64,000 bases of DNA. Origin: Azolla caroliniana (lineage: Eukaryota > Plantae > Polypodiophyta). Below are positions 50,632 to 64,000 of the stretch, in pieces. Position 1 is the first letter of the stretch; every line of letters begins with the position of its first letter. The notes under the pieces are model-generated. The model was not told the origin of the DNA. It searched no databases and saw only the letters and a list, made by a program, of their open reading frames with translations. The translations under genes were made by a program, and so were the position numbers. The stretch is from positions 21,266,001 through 21,330,000 of the forward strand of contig JBHGNT010000003.1 in NCBI GenBank assembly GCA_043228905.1, written 5' to 3'.

Positions 50632-53600
50632 CTAGAGATCTTTCGAAGACAAAAGTTGTAATATATCTAACTTGAGAATCTCACATGTGCCGAAAACCAG
50701 ATTCCCTGGTCTCTTTTTATCTTATTTACTTTTATATTTACTGAGTAGTATTTATTCTATTTTGATTTGTTGTCCTCAAGGATGCGACAACACTTAAGGT
50801 GCAATCTCTTGTTTGGTCTTATAGGCCATTTTGGCCTCTCTTAAAAGACGTTAATATATCTTTCTTTCTGTCAATTTTGCCAAAGTAGTGGACTAACTGT
50901 AATTGTGGATAAAACAAAAAATTATGGTAATGCAAACCATCCAACCTCACCAATACCCTATGCTTACATATAAGGGAGAACATGTACAATTTGTACAAAG
51001 CTTTGAGTATCTTGGCATCGATGTACCTGGCACGAATAAATGGAGTGTATGCTTTGAGTCTAGACTTCAAGTTAGTTGGAAAAGTTATTATATGTTGGAA
51101 AATAAGTGTAACCAAAGTGATACTCATGGATGGGAATTGAAACTACTGTTATTTAATGCCATGGTAACACAAGTTTTGCTTTATGGAGTGGAAGTGCGGG
51201 GAGGCACTATCCTCTTAATGCATGGAATGAGATTGAGAAGATTCAAAAGATGTTTTTAAGGAGACAATTGGGAATAAAATCCACCACCTCCTATCAAGTT
51301 ATGCTCTTGGAAACGGATGTTCAACCTATAGAGATATTGGCGCTTCAAAGAGTATATAGATATATTTAAAAAGTCAAGAATATGCCAGAACATAGATTAC
51401 CACATCTTGCTCGTAATGTTGGATGTAAACCACTAAAGAATCACAAGAGTAAAATTCTCTCATCCGATTGGGTAGTCGACATCAAAAAATGGTTCAAAAG
51501 ATGGGACATGGAAGATCTCCTAGAGCTTTTAAGTGATGCTATGAAATATGTAATTATTGAAGAAAGATTAATGGACCCACTAATGAAGAAGTGGAAAGAT
51601 GCTAAAAGGACAAAATTAGAATATTATTACATTGCAAACATCAATCCCGAATGTTAGGTTCTATATAAGGCAAGAAGGTCCATGGATCATACTCAACCTT
51701 AACTCATTACTAGCATGAGTATTAAATCTCATAGAGCCCTAACACTCCTTCACACTCGATCACACAAGCTATGTATTGAAGTTGCATTATGGAATCAAAA
51801 TCAACCAAATATAAAGACATGTAAGGTATGCAAGGAAGGGCTAGTAGAGGATGAATATCGCTTGCTTTTTACATGCTCTGTATATAATGCAATTCATGAA
51901 AGCTATGATGATATATTAAGAGGGGGCGATGACTTGAGTATCATACTAAAGAGAACACCTAGAAGGTTGAGCTCATATGTGTATGCCTGATTCACAAACC
52001 GAGAGTTGGTGCTTCAAAGTATGAATATCCCTTCTTAGGAAGGAGACACACATTAAGATCACTTTTGTATTTAGGTTCTATGGGTCAATATTGGCCTCTC
52101 TATGGATGCTGAAAAATATCTACCTATCTCTCACACACACTTTACATGTAAGTGTCTTAGATAAGAGCAAAATACTACGACATACTAGGACCCTCCCACC
52201 CTCTCCAAACTATTAGATACCGCAAATATAAAGACACTAGGTAGATATATCTTCGAGCTAAAACAACATAGACAGAATAAACTACAAAATGCTAACCATA
52301 ACCTTTCTTGTATTAACCATCATGTAACTAATGAAAATTTTCAAGCACGAGAGGGGAAGATGAGCATGGACACACCTGCACCACTCAATCTCTCCCTCGC
52401 TGAAGCAGAAACCCAAAGAATAACCAAATGCCCTCCAATGTCAGGCCTCAAAGTCACTTGTTGTGTAGAAGCAATTAAGAAGATAAGGGAACGTGAGTTA
52501 CACCGTTGAGAAGCTATGGTTGGGGTACCTTTTACATCAGGACTATGGGCCACACCCACATCGAAACCCTTTGACCTTGTGCTCCTTTTCAAGAGACTTG
52601 GATGGAAATGAAACTAGGCCTAGCACATAGCCATTTCCTTTATAGAAATGAACGCCATAACACCTTTTGTGCAATACTAGAACTCTTTTTTTATCTATAA
52701 TTTTTTTTTCCGATGATTGGGTACACATCCCATTTTGTTGTAACCGATTGTCTCATGGGCCAAATTTGGTCTTAGAGAACATGTTTTTTTTACTAGAACT
52801 GTTTAGCTTAAGCTCTTTTTTCTTTTTTTCTTTTTTACTTTCGATGAAAGGGTAAATACCCCATTTTTGTTGTAAACCAATTGTCTCATGGGCCAATTTT
52901 GGTCTTAGAAGACACTAATATCTCTCTCTCTGGGGTACCTTCTACATTGGGACCACAGGGGGCCACATCCACATAGAAACCCTTTGACCTCCCACTTCTT
53001 TTCGAGAGACTTGGATGGAAATGAAACTAGGCCTAGTATAAAGCCATTTCATTGTAGAACATGTTTGTTATTTTACTAGAACTATTTAGCTTAAGCTCTA
53101 TTTATTTTTTATTTATTTTTTTCACTTTCGATGAATGGGTAAATATCCCATTTTGTTGTAAACCAATTGTCTCATGAGCCAATTTTGGCCCTAGAAGACG
53201 TTTATTTCTTGCTAGAGCTCAAGAGACATCGGGAAAAGTTGTTGACGAATACAGCCACACAAGCTCATCCACAAAGAACAATCACAACTTTATTTAGCCC
53301 CATCACTCCTATTAATGCTACAAGTCAACCACGGGATACACAAATGGGCTCCAGTCCAGGACATACCAAAGGGGTTACAATTGATCGGGCAATAGCAATT
53401 TGCCGTGCACGTAGGCCCCGACCCCATGGACCACGACCTCGACACCCTTGTCATCGACAATTAAAAGCCATTATCTCCCGCCATCGTAGGTGCTTCCCTC
53501 ACTTCAGAGACATTTCCATTCTGGATTGACCACTGCTAGAGATCTTTCGAAGACAAAATCTACAATATACCTAACTTGAGAATCTCACATGTGCCAAAAA

Positions 53601-56600
53601 CCAGATTCCCTCGTTTCTTTTCTTTTCATCTTATTTACTTTTATATTACTGTGTAATATTTATTTTATTTTGATTTGTTCTCAAAGACAAGACAACGCTT
53701 AAGATGTAATCTCTTATTTGGTCTTATAGGCCATTTTGGCCTCTTAAAAGACGTTAATATTTCTTTCTTTCTTTCTCCATGCAAGGGAGTCGGCTGAACA
53801 TGGAGACAATCATTGTTCGTATGCTGAAACACAAGCACGGTTTCATTCACATGACAAATATAAATGCATTACACCATTCCAATACAGCTCGGATTGTTTC
53901 CATCTAAAATGACCAAAGTCGAAAAGAAAGTTGTGATCTGAACTAATTTCATTAAATTGGATAATAAAAGAACATTGATCAGTCCCATGGCATCTCTTGG
54001 TAGAAAGATGCCCCACTATAAGGTCTCTCTTCTTACACATGTATAGCACAACGAAATTATCATCAAACGCTCTCATATGGAATAACATCTATCTCATACA
54101 CTCTGACAATATCTTCACATTAGGTATAGTTTTAGAAAGGCAGATATACACACAAATCTATGGAAGGACAGGTATGTCAATCATATTATCAGGTATTGGT
54201 AATTGGAGTACTATGTTTGCCATTTTGCTGCTTTTTATGAAATAAGACAGAGATACCACTACCTCTTCAATTAGGGCTTTGACCCACTCAATAATGTAAT
54301 GTAATACAACCACCAAAGCTTATCAACATAAGACCATCACAAATTTCTTTAGTTCCAACACTCATCCTACAAGTTAATCACAGGCTACACAAGTACTCAT
54401 GCTACAAGGCAATCATGGGCATAGAGAGAAGTTGTCAATCACTCAAAAGGGGTTACACTAGATCAGGCTATAGCAATTTATAGTGCACATAGGCCACGTC
54501 CATCTGGATCACGACCTTGTCACCTTTGTTATCAATCGATCAAAGACATTATCTCCAGGTTTTCTTCACTTCGGAGATCTTTCCATCTAGGATCAGTTCA
54601 TGTTGGATATCTTTCGAAAATAGAAATTTCAGTTCATCTGAAGGTCTTAGCTAGCAAGATTCTCTGGTACCTTAGTCAGTTCTACTATATTAGCAATATT
54701 TATTTGGTTTGTTTTCAAAGATCAAACAGCATTTTAAGATGCAATCCTTTGTTCAGTTTGGACCTGCCATTTTGGCCTCTTAAAAGACATTAGTTTTTTC
54801 TTTCTTTTGCACTCTCTGATTTGTACTATTCCCGATCACATACAAACACACATTTGTTGTACACTTGATTTGTCTCACAGGACTATGTTGGTATTTCACA
54901 GACATTCAAAGTTGGTGTCTTTTCTTTCTTTTCTCTCTGTAACTGCACTATAGTTATTTCATTAAACCTTTGTTTTTACATTAATATTGTTCACGTGTAG
55001 CTTGAAGAGGATTATATTGATTTGGTACATCAATTTTTGGTCTCATATACCTTCAAGGCCTTCCATGGACAGAAATGTCTATGGAATGCACATGTATATG
55101 TATATCATTTATGGCCATTTTAGGTTAATGGCATGCTTTAACCAGTAAAAATATCTATTGATAATGGAATCCTATTGCTTATATTATATTCTCAATTCTG
55201 GACTTCATGTGCAATAAATCCTGTACAATTATAAATGATAACAGAATACTATTGTTTCTATCATTGTCGCGGTATCTCTCATTCTCATTCTCCCTATGTT
55301 CTCCTGTCATAGTTTTAGCTTCTTCCTCTCACAGTCAATTTGATCCTGCTGCTATTACAGCTGGGAATTGACAGATGATAAGTTATTCGTAGTAGGAGGA
55401 TACACAGCTTCTTTTTTCAGTGTGTTGATTGACATAAATCTTTACCGTGACTAATCAATTATTTCAGCAAGAAAGTGAAGTTCAAACCTGAATTAAAGCT
55501 GACGAAACCTCTTGCATATTCTTCACTGCCTCAAAACAAGGCCGAGATGCCAATAATCTTTGCAGCACCAAGCAACAACAAGTTGCAAGACGGATGTTCT
55601 CTGAATAAAGTAGAAAACAATTTCACCTTCGTATTCTTGAATAAGAGTAAACATAAAACAAATACATTTTTGGACATGATTTATCATACCTCCAGAGTTC
55701 TTCAAAACATCAGCAACCTTTTTTAGTACCCTAGGGTCTGTACATTGAGATTCGCCAACCTGAGATATCAATGGAAGAATTCTTTCCCTCATTATGTGAA
55801 TTGTACATTTATGTGTTAAAGAGTTTTGTACATGATATATAACCTTGAATGAACCTTACATTTATGTTACATGCGTACTCCTTTAAGACATCATGTAAAT
55901 CATCAACATCGCTTACATCTGTTGCAGCTAAAAGTTGGCTACAATAATACTGCTCACACTCATTCTATAAAATCAATAACAAATTAGTAAATGTTTATAG
56001 ATAACTGAATCCTTGTTACCTTAAAATCCAGTTCGTGAATCAACTACCTGATAAAACGGATGCGGCCTCTCTGGAAACATGTGTGGTAAGAATGGCTCCA
56101 AGTGAATATTAAAGCTAGATAGACTTAGTGATTCCATTACATCAGCCATACTTGCAAGAAAGTCATCCCTTGCTTGAATAAAATATTGAGCAGGCCTCCA
56201 TGACTTAAATTCGATGATAACTTCTTTTGAGCCTCCATCCTTCACCACTATCCCTGCAATGTCTTTCAGACTGAAGCAACAAAAGTCAAAATGTATTTGG
56301 TAAAGGATCCTGATGCTTTGGTATGAAAACACTGCGAACCTGTATAAAGCAGTGACCTCATCATCTCCAGATTTCTCTATCAAATGTTCCTTGCTTATTG
56401 ACACAATCCGAATCCTCTCTTCTTTCAAGTTATCTACATTTTTTATAGCTTGGAAACTGTACAACACGAGACTCCCTCCCTGGCATTACACAATATTTCA
56501 AGCCTTTTTTTAAATATTCCTTCCTTCATGAATATAGATAGTGTCACGAGGCAACAAATAGAAAGAGAGCAAACATCATGGATTTAAAATACAGTCTTCG

Positions 56601-58580
56601 AAATGCAGTCATTCATTCATAACTTGAAAGTCAACAGATGTAAAACAAAGAAATGCCATAAGAACTCAAAAGACAATGTACCATCTTCGCCACATATAAA
56701 GACAGGATGAAGTCTTTGTGCCAAAGAAGAGCAGGAGCACATTGGATTTTCTTTATTTGCACATTGAAAGTTTCATGCAAACAAAATGATGATATACACT
56801 TACTGTCTTCCGATCAAATGCTGAAATATTGTCAACCATTGTCGATGATGTTATTTTGAAAATATCTACATTTTTGTTCAAATGTCTCTGGAACAAACAA
56901 AGTAGAATCCATTTAAATGGGAATAGAAAAACCTTGTTGATACTCTTATGCTACATTCAAACTTATGTAGGGATAGCAAAAACAATGGGCAAACTTAGAC
57001 CAAACGGTTAGCTTTGAGTTCACTCACTTTCATATTTTGTTGTAGGGATAGCAGAAACTGAGAGATGTCCTTCAAGGATAGCCGCAATATCCTGGATTTG
57101 AAATACAGGAGCAAAACATGTTCATCATCACTGAGAACCTCCACCTTCAAAATGTCGACAAAATTCATTCTCTTTGACTGATGTATCTGCAAAAAATGGC
57201 ACAAACAAGAGTTTTTCATAGAAGCTATTAAGAAAATTAATTTATTGGAGGAATTCCAAAATGTTCCTTATTTCCTATTGATTTCCCCAAATACCCTAAA
57301 TCTCCAGTATTTGCCTATAATCAATCCAAAATATAAGGAAGAAGGGGACAAATTGATCATATATATAATTTTCTCAAGAGGGGAAGTTGACAAGGGGCAT
57401 TGGAAACAAAAGAAAACTTCAAAGGATATTTCCCAGAGGTTTTAACTTTTATTTTTTGTTATTCAACATCAGATTCTGACTTTTTAGGGCACAGAATTTT
57501 TTAATGGGAAATAATTAAGAATGCCAAAAAGATTACATGGCGGTGTTCCTGCCGTACTCCTGTGCTTATCATCTTCACAATTGAAGCAGAACGCACTCTC
57601 AACACTGTATCTACCAATCCGCCTCGTTGGTGACTGTGCTTTTTCAGAGGAAAATCAACACCTATACAAGACATGTAAACTTCAGGTCATCTCATCTTGC
57701 CGAATCTTCATTCGAGCTCAAAAGACATCTTGCAAAAAAAATCATGCTTAGGATGTTTCAAAATTGAGGCACTTAGGTTATTCAGGGATTTTGTGCAACT
57801 GTGTGTGTCTTTGTTTCTAATTTATTGAAAACTTATAGATTAGCCCATATGTGGTAGCTATATCTGTTCTCTTTTTCAGTAAAACGAAAATGAAATGATA
57901 TTCATGATTGCATCCAATCCTCTTTAATTTCATCAACTTTCAGAAATAGCATTCTGAATTACATTCATCTCTGCGAAGAATTGATATCCACTATTTGCAT
58001 GTTGATTTGTCATCATCCTATGGAGCAATGTTCCCATAACATAAGAATTAACACTCACATTTGCATATTAATTTATCATCATCATCCTATGCAAAAATAA
58101 ATGCTGTAACAGAAGTTTTATCTGTACTTCAATGAAGAGAAACCGTCCTGTACTCTTGTTACTGACATAACTAGAATGTGTTGCATCACATATTTATACA
58201 AACACACAAGAATAACAGAAAGGAAAACATATTTGGGTCAAAGTAGTAAATCTCAGTGACATACCAGAACTATCGACATCATCAAGTTTGTTGAGGATAG
58301 CAGTTAGAAGGGCTGATCTTGAATCGCACAAAAACTTGAGGGTTTCAGTTCTCCCATTGATGTGGACGACATCGAATTTGAACTCGAGATCATCATCTAG
58401 AGATGGCAATACATTAGACATCCACTCAAACTGATACTCAATGTAAGAGGAGGATGGGTTAGCAATTGAAGAGATCGAGATCCCATCCTCTAGAATCCTA
58501 AGAATTCTCGTAACTCCCTTTGATAAGCGCCCCCCACCTCCAAGGCCTGACGGCCTAACAAGGAAGACTTGATAATCCAT
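38161..58580 (-). CDS. GRV2: Divergent RME-8/GRV2(DNAJC13)-like endosomal trafficking protein, >25 exons, apparently lacking the J-domain
   Basis: Exons include 58580-58265, 57661-57537, 57186-57028, ~56887-56804, ~56479-56340, 56270-56048, ~55600-55509 (LQRLLASR), many small exons at 50510-47420, 45841-45673, 45309-45114, 44990-44884, 44699-44592, 44509-44325, ~41627-41466, ~41387-41199 and 41100-38161. Four IWN-type repeats are present (ETPILLWNDAKRTEL; SPEVIWSAEMRERL; HPEGMWTYDMRVEL; SPRLVWDEDSRWHL), as are PLMYPEL..FYLENL..RFPNY and ELYLGGFFIDQFLRNP. Some internal exon boundaries are approximate. The symbol denotes family, not proven orthology. Confidence 0.85.
40190..40430 (-). repeat. 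In-frame acidic tandem repeat within the last exon of the RME-8-like gene
   Basis: VEQNEQVSDEPEQKEQISDDEVKQKE occurs twice (~102-bp spacing), plus diverged 10-11 aa subunits. Confidence 0.9.
42945..43220. repeat. ~140-bp tandem duplication within a degenerate TE-like intronic block (~41770-43400)
   Basis: CAAGATATGAG..CAAACCCTTT..GTGACAATGGC.AAGATATCAGAT..TGTTGGAACCCCAAGGGAG occurs twice. Confidence 0.7.
43440..44006 (+). mobile_element. LINE family A 3' fragment
   Basis: LFLELKK.., GGGTTACAAT, GAAGACAAA..CTTGAGAATC and the terminal GGCCATTTTGG hairpin with a (TC)n tail. Confidence 0.8.
46020..46920 (+). mobile_element. LINE family A 3' fragment including the C-terminal zinc-finger region
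   Basis: Broken frames giving TSSHQLDIKVARY..KRICKSCHLGVES..VCHC..YEIRGRY, followed by the family A 3' end. Confidence 0.8.
49637..49815. repeat. 3 x ~61-bp intronic tandem repeat
   Basis: TGCTGATTTCA(T/C)GATTATAA.TATT..A.AGTTATG occurs three times. Confidence 0.8.
50630..54808 (+). mobile_element. Head-to-tail cluster of six 5'-truncated LINE 3' fragments in one RME-8-like intron
   Basis: A 50630-50869; B 50870-~52135 (KTKIMV, FEYLGI, HTRSHKLCIE..CKVC..VEDEYRLLFTC); C ~52140-52930; C' 52931-~53203; A 53204-53776; A-like 53777-54808. Each ends in the GGCCA-type hairpin, most followed by a microsatellite tail. Confidence 0.85.
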
Positions 58581-59573
58581 TGTACTTGTTACCAACAAAT
58601 AACACCTAATATCACTTGTTTCTCATGTACGATTTTGGTCTGGGTTGCTTGTTGGTGTTTCCCATAGACTTGGAAAATATCTTCAAATTGGCCCCAATTC
58701 AGAATACCCTCTCGGTTTTTTCTTTATGAGAAAATTTGTGTTTGTCAAGACTCTGAGAGAGGAAGATATTTGATCACTTCAAAAGATCCTCCGGTTTATG
58801 TGCTATTTTTATTTGTTGGCAAAAACAAAGATTTTCTTGTAGATACTGAGAGATCTCAAACTCGATTCAACATCCTCTGTTTCATTTGCTATTTGATAAG
58901 AATGATGATGATGGAAAGATATTGAGCATTAACCTTGAGAAGTAGATCTAATGCAACCAAATTTATTGAAAGCGGTATAAAATCTTGTTGATATAATATA
59001 TATGTATATGTATGTTGCTATTGTTATGCAACAGGTTATGAGGAATCAAAAACAGAGGGGATTGCGAGAGGAAAAGGGAACCCAATTTCATAAAATGGAT
59101 CAAACGGGAGTTGAGGAAATCAAATCAAAAAGGAAAGAAGAAGGAAGAAGAAGAAAGTGTCAAAATATAATCTATAAAAAGGATAGATTTATATACATGG
59201 AAGTGTTTAGGACAGAGAAAATGTCAATGAAAGAAATCTTCAACTTGTGATTCGTGAAGAAGAAGAAATGGGAAGGAAAATTTATTTGTTTTCTGAAATC
59301 AATTTGTTCCTTTGTTTAATATCGTGTCTGTTTCACACGTGTGAACCTCTCTGCTCCAAAGTCAGTTCCACAGAAACCGATAATCCTAATCCCAGACCTC
59401 TCAACGATTATGGATTTTATTAGTCTTAGTAAATTAATATGTAGTAGTAGTAATAAACCAATTTGATTCTGAGAAGAAGAAGAAGAAGGCGCAAGACAGT
59501 AAAAAGCAAGCAGCCATCGCTGAGAGGGAGGGGATTTGACCTAAGACGAGAGAACAAGGAAATAAAATAAATA

Positions 59574-59594
59574 AAACCCTAACCCTAACCCTAA
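59574..59594. promoter_or_regulatory. Telo-box-like AAACCCTA / (AACCCT)3 upstream of the RME-8-like gene
   Basis: AAACCCTAACCCTAACCCTAA about 1 kb upstream of the ATG; function is inferred only. Confidence 0.4.
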
Positions 59595-62500
59595 TTATCT
59601 CTTCCCTACCCCCCCCCCCCAAAGGTCTATCTGTCTGTGTATGTTAAGAATCAAATGATAGAGAGAGAAATGAGGCCTCAAAAATCGCTCACATCTTCAT
59701 TTATTTATTTATTTGATTCTTTTTTATTCAACAGCATTTACTCGAAATTTCTTCCTAAACATTGATTTAATAATAGCCCCCATTTTCTTTTTTCTAATTA
59801 TTCTTCTCTTTTGTTTTTGTGTTCTGCTTTTTCTGCTTTCTGCTTTCTGCTTTTTGCTTTTTTGCTTTCTGTTTTTCTGCTTTTTGCCCCATGCTTAATG
59901 CTTCTTGCTTTTCTTTTCTTTTCTTTTATCTCATTTTTCAACACTAGTAATTTGCTGCATCCGTAGATTTTTTTCTTATTTCTCTTCTTCGTTTTTTCGG
60001 GTGTTTTTTCCTTTCTTTTTCATTTTATGTTTAAAAATGAAGCCCCTTTTATTGTTTTTTTCTTTGATGCTTAAAAATATCTACATATTTCTCTTCTCTT
60101 AGTTCATTTTTTTGTAATGTTTAATTTAATCTCTCTCTTTTTTCTTATGCATTTGATGAAAATAAAAATAAATAAAATATATATATATATATTATATATA
60201 CATATAAAAGAAAAAAGAAAGGTAAAGAAAAAGAGAGGGGGGGTAAAAGCTTCTGTTTTTTCTCTCCAAAAAAGAACAAATCCATGCAAGGATTGCATGG
60301 GAGAACCCAAACCCCACCACCCCCCCCCCCCCCCACACACACACAAACACAAACACAAACCGGCTTTGTCGGAGCTTTCAAGCTTTACAGTCGGTACCAG
60401 GGAAAAAGCTTTGTTTCATCCGTGATGCCTCCTCCTCATTCCTAGTTTTTATTTCCCCTCTCTGCTCGACACACCAGAGTATGCTCCTACTGAAATGCCA
60501 ACCATTCGCGCATGTCTGGTTCTCGGCATGACATTCTCGATGTGATCCTGATCCTCCCTCTCTCTCTCTCTCTCTCTCACTCACACATATGTCACCTACA
60601 CCACCAACATCCCACCCTCACTCTCTCTCCCCCCCCCCCCCCCTCCTTCCAACCTAACCTAACACACGAGACAATATAGGTAAGGCTCTTATCTATATTT
60701 CATCATTATTTGCTCTTTATATGTCGCAATGCAATATAGTACATTATGTGTTTCTCTTTTGTGTTGCTCTTTGCAGAGTAGAATGCATCCCTTGCTTTTT
60801 TGTAGCGTATGTCCATTGGCATAGTGCTCCTTCCCACGGATGAAGTTTGGTGTTGATAGGTCAAAATCAAGGTTCTGATCGAATGCCGTCACTTTTGAAT
60901 TAGTCCATATGAATCACTTGAATGTGTCCATAGGAAACATAAAAAACATGCATTTCTTGAAAAAAAACCCTTTAACTTTGTGTGGGTTTTTAGAAAAATA
61001 ATAATAAAAGAAGCATTCGAATCTCCCTAATTGTTTCGTGTGGGAAAAGGAAACCTATACATTTTAGTATTCTCCATCTTCATGAGTTCTTGCATGGATT
61101 TGTAAACAGATGTTTACAGTCTCGTTCTCGTGCAACATGCACGCACTCCATCGTTGTTCATCTCTCTTTTGTCAAAACTGAAATCTTCATCGAATAACTT
61201 TTGGGTTTGTGTTTTCACACTTTGAATTAGGAAAATGTGTCAATGTTGTAAAGCCCGTTTTCTAGGAGCAACCTCATAGTGTGCATGATCTCAAACTAAA
61301 ATATGGAAAGCTTTAATAATGAACAAAACATCAAACCCATTGCCCAAGTGTGAAGCACATAAATTACAATTACACCTAGAATTTCCGTGTACCAACCTTA
61401 TCAATCGATAGGTAATCATGTATCCAACATGTAAAAAAATACTCTCGTATAACCTATAAAGGTAAAGATTTCACGGTGTGTTGTAACACACAATGTTTTG
61501 TTTGATCGAGATAATACCGACATCAATTCACGATAAGCATTGAAACTCAGACCTTCATGTCATCTATTGCCCTGATGATTATTGACTCACAACGAATAAG
61601 TACGTGAATGGATGTATCGTCATTTAACACTTTAATGTGTACTTTTCAACTTATGCTCATTGTTTTGAGTATGAACAAAGATTTCACTCGGTATAAAAAT
61701 CCTTTTTCTAAACGGACGTTGGTTGGCATGATCACAAAAAAGTGCATTATCAAAATGTGAAAGAATTCTAATGTTTGCGAGAGTGAGAGTCTAAAGGTTA
61801 AAACGTCATTTTTAGAAAAAGGACACTTCAAAAGACATGTATGAATAGTACAAATTGTGTCAATCGTGGAACAAGGATTGTTAAAACGGAGTGTTTCGCA
61901 TATATTTACTGCTTGTATGCTTTTAGTTTTTAATCATCTTCATTGGTGGGATGTTGCATGACTATCATGTCGGTTCATGGACATTTCTATATGTGTAAAT
62001 ATGTGGCCATTTATCAAATACATCTCAATTCATAGATATAAAAGCATTTCTGTTGTTTTAAACATTTGGCTATTTAATAAGCTTAATTTGGAGAGATTTT
62101 GCATTATTATAAGATGATTTCTCCATCCATATGAAGCTCAAATGATCTTATGATCCAAGTTCATGAGGCACAAGTATGCAAGAATGGCTCCTCAATATTG
62201 TACCCCACAATATGAAATTCACTAAAGTTAAAAGTATATGGGGTGATGTGCAATAACACGTTCTTGATTTTATAAGAATATCACCACCTTCATCATCTAA
62301 ATAAAAATGAATGATGAAAAGCATAATTGCATCCATGGGGATCTTGCATGTACCTATGTATTGAAGAGACCATCATGATTCGTTTAATTGACATAAAGTA
62401 AGGAGTATTTCTTTATGCGCTTCAAATTTAAAATGTCAAGGAATTAATTAGATCGACAACCATTGAATGCATTGGATTCTCGTTGTTAGGTTCAAAACTC

Positions 62501-64000
62501 ACTTTAAACTTCACTACATTTTCAAAATCACTCTTCGACAAGTGTTTCTTTTGTGCGACATGCAATAATATTTAATACTTACAATTTTCACGAAGACATA
62601 CTTGGAACTTGGAGGAGTGGCATTCAAACGATTTAATCTCGCAAGTATTTCATCGAAGATCCCGAAACGTGCCATTGTGCCATTCTCACATTGAAAATTA
62701 ATCTAGCATTCCCTATGAACACAAACTAACGAAAAGGCTAAATTAATGGAGGTTAAATGTGAATGTGCCCCTCGTTGCCAATTGGGTTTTCAGGAGGACT
62801 AAATTATCAATTATGTGAGCATCAACGGATGCGGTATTCCTCATGAACATCAACACATGTCAAGAGCTTGATCACGAATGAGTTAAACCCCTCTATTCGG
62901 TGGTCATGGGGTATAAGGCCCTTTCTCGCCATAAATATCGTGTGTGAACATAGGTTTTTGCACCCATGTTGTATATGTGGATAAATTGTGGGGCGTCAAG
63001 TGATAACCTTTAGATTACGAAACTCATGTTTTTGCAATTACACCCATTGTATTATTTTTCAAATTATTTTTCTTAGTGCATTTGATTCATTGCCTCTTCT
63101 TTATGATAATTTTCTCCATTTCCTTGCCCCCTCCCCAACTCACGCGCACCCCCCATCCTTTACTGCTAGGTTAAGTACATATTATTGGAATTTCTTTCCT
63201 TTAAGTATTTTGGTTTGATTTTGTAACAGATGAATCCCCTAATAAATGTGCATGACAACCTCTCGAGGATATGTAGCCTTGTTTTATTGAGTAGAACACG
63301 TTGATTATGAACGCTTATCGTGTACACAAGCAATTTAAGAATGACAATGAAACTGTCTTCATCAAATAGAAACTTTGTTTGCTCCTTTTTTGTGATTGCA
63401 ATGGCCTAGGCACCATCAATTTATTTGGAACATAGTATTCAAACAATTTTGTTTCACTTGTACAACAATCATGCGATGTAAAACAAAACTTTCAAGAGGG
63501 TAGTAGGTGCATCAAAATTTCATGAAAAAATCATGCATGGCCTCAATCTTTTGTCATGTTGTTGGCCAGTAATATAAATTTCATTGAGTTCTAGCATACA
63601 TGTGTATAAGATCGTGGTGGATTATGATTTAAACTATAGGTTGGGTTATTTTTCTTCATTTCAACATATATGCATACAACAAGTATATAGGATGTTTGTC
63701 AATCCATGTCTTTATGGCCTGTAATTCACGAGACATATGGACAACAACTTTTTTATGATATAGAACTCACTATGCATATATAAATTTACATAGATGACAG
63801 GTTGGTGGAAGCACTTCTTTTACTATATATGACTTATAAAATATATACAAAACCCTTCTTTCTTTTTCATTTTCATTTTCATTTACTTTATTTAACCTCC
63901 TTCCAATGATAAATTCACTTGCCAAAACTTGACCAATTTGTTCATCAAATCACTCTGAGCTTCAATAGCAATATGTTAAATGCATACCTATCACAAGAGG

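Noticed and set aside
57268-57515. Weak inverted ends resembling a MULE MITE in an RME-8-like intron
   Set aside because: Too degenerate and no TSD found.
60600-64000. Searched for RNA genes, TE termini or coding exons
   Set aside because: No tRNA/snRNA/rRNA signature, TIR/LTR pair or protein motif could be supported by eye.

Overview
AT-rich, intron-rich land-plant nuclear DNA; a non-seed plant such as a fern is plausible but is only an inference. Four host genes were reconstructed by hand from splice sites. (1) A classical tyrosine-specific phosphatase PTP1 (- strand, last exon off-window). (2) NF-X1-type zinc-finger NFXL2 (-). (3) An organellar-type guanylate kinase (+). (4) A ~20-kb, highly divergent RME-8/GRV2(DNAJC13)-like gene (-) that appears to have lost its J-domain. 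Mobile DNA includes a very young full-length Ty1/copia element (apparently identical 633-bp LTRs, TAATA TSD, non-canonical TG...TA ends, one in-frame TAG in gag) inside a GC-AG intron of NFXL2, a Mutator-type MITE with a 9-bp TSD, and copia/gypsy relics. There are also many 5'-truncated non-LTR (RTE/RTEX-like) LINE pieces, all on the + strand. They share a 3' stem-loop plus microsatellite tail, and six are stacked head-to-tail in one intron. No database searches were run; family assignments rest on recalled motifs.
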